Below the pieces are notes generated by a model that had not been told where the DNA came from, did no database searches, and worked only from the letters and a program-made list of their open reading frames with translations. The position numbers and the translations under genes are program-made. A stretch of 64,000 bases of DNA from Alphaproteobacteria bacterium bin98 (GTDB lineage: Bacteria; Pseudomonadota; Alphaproteobacteria; Bin98), in the NCBI GenBank assembly GCA_002238905.1, contig MPNG01000002.1, positions 46,786 to 110,785 of the forward strand, read 5' to 3'. Below are positions 63,448-64,000 of this stretch, in pieces (positions within the stretch are counted from its first letter, which is position 1; each line of letters starts with the position of its first letter).

Positions 63448-64000
63448 TCAGCGCTGATGGCTTGCTATTTCGTCTTGCAGTTCTTTGACAGACATGACTT
63501 TTTTGGAGGCGTCCAAATGCTTTTCTAAATCAGTTAACACTTTTCCTTCAAGGACGATGCCCTCGTAGAATTCCATTTCTTCGGGAGTTTTTGGAGTGTA
63601 TGAGGCTTGAATCTCTTTGGTGGTTGCCGCGATGTTATTTTGTTTTGCGTATGCCAATACAAAGGTGACCAATTTGGACTCGTTTAGCGCAGCTTGATTA
63701 AGATATTTTTCCTCATCTTCAGAGAGTTTTTTGCGCGGAAGTATGGCGTTCATAGCGCTCTGTCTTTGGTGCGCCATGCGCTCCTCTAAGATAGACTGTG
63801 GAACTGCAAAGGTGAGCTCAGAGATTAAAGCCATGATAGCTCTGTGGCGCAACTCTTTTACTGTGCTTAAGGCTGTTTTTTGTATGTGGCTCTGAAATTG
63901 AGTCATAAAATCTTCTAAAGATTTAGCGCCAATTTTTTGAGCGGCTTCATCATCAGCTTTGGGTGCAAGAATGAATTTTTTAATGCCAAGAATCACAACG
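63448..64000 (-). CDS. tig: trigger factor, C-terminal part; the 5' end lies beyond the window
   Basis: The frame is open to the window edge. Helical C-terminal domain. Conserved tig-clpP-clpX-lon gene order. Confidence 0.8.
   Translation of the reverse strand, partial: VVILGIKKFILAPKADDEAAQKIGAKSLEDFMTQFQSHIQKTALSTVKELRHRAIMALISELTFAVPQSILEERMAHQRQSAMNAILPRKKLSEDEEKYLNQAALNESKLVTFVLAYAKQNNIAATTKEIQASYTPKTPEEMEFYEGIVLEGKVLTDLEKHLDASKKVMSVKELQDEIASHQR

Overview
Gene-dense, moderately AT-rich chromosomal window. Gene content and order point to an alphaproteobacterium: dusB(nifR3)-ntrY-ntrX, tig-clpP-clpX-lon, nusA-infB-rbfA-truB-rpsO-pnp, miaB-phoH-ybeY, lnt-trmB. An obligate intracellular lifestyle is suggested by a Tlc/Npt-type ATP/ADP translocase and by very compact packing: many 1-35 nt gene overlaps and convergent genes sharing a TTAA stop palindrome. 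No genus can be assigned without a database search. No transposase, integrase, phage gene, rRNA or CRISPR array was seen. One tRNA-Ser(GCU) is present. The outstanding feature is an ~8.3 kb head-to-tail array (about 21379..29670, + strand) of 12 cassettes of one paralogous family I do not recognise. Eight copies are intact. Each has a near-invariant uncharged hydrophobic N-terminal leader (MF[IL]LLLLLSLN[IVA]HA). Each has a divergent 150-230 aa core with two conserved motifs. Each ends in a eukaryote-type CaaX prenylation box as the last four codons before the stop (CVVL, CAIL, CSIL, CSIL, CAIL, CSIL, CALL, CAIS), often preceded by Lys/Ser-rich residues. Four further copies are decayed or altered: a T7-tract frameshift, an internal deletion, a nonsense fragment, and a copy that lost the box. 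The cassette flanks (5' leader region, TATAAT box, TGTGT-N6-ACACA element, 3' element) are more conserved than the coding cores. The array ends just upstream of nusA, where rimP normally sits. My working hypothesis is a family of secreted effectors that the host prenylates and so targets to host membranes. Secondary items are listed as findings: a secreted-looking protein with five 96-bp in-frame tandem repeats, and an 855-aa outer-membrane protein with three AMIN-like modules. Also listed are a TrpR/YerC-like regulator fused in an operon with a PF04392-type ABC importer, an NtrX with a degenerate AAA+ core, a probable lipoprotein kinase-like gene inside the nusA-pnp operon, and a PolA with degenerate proofreading motifs.
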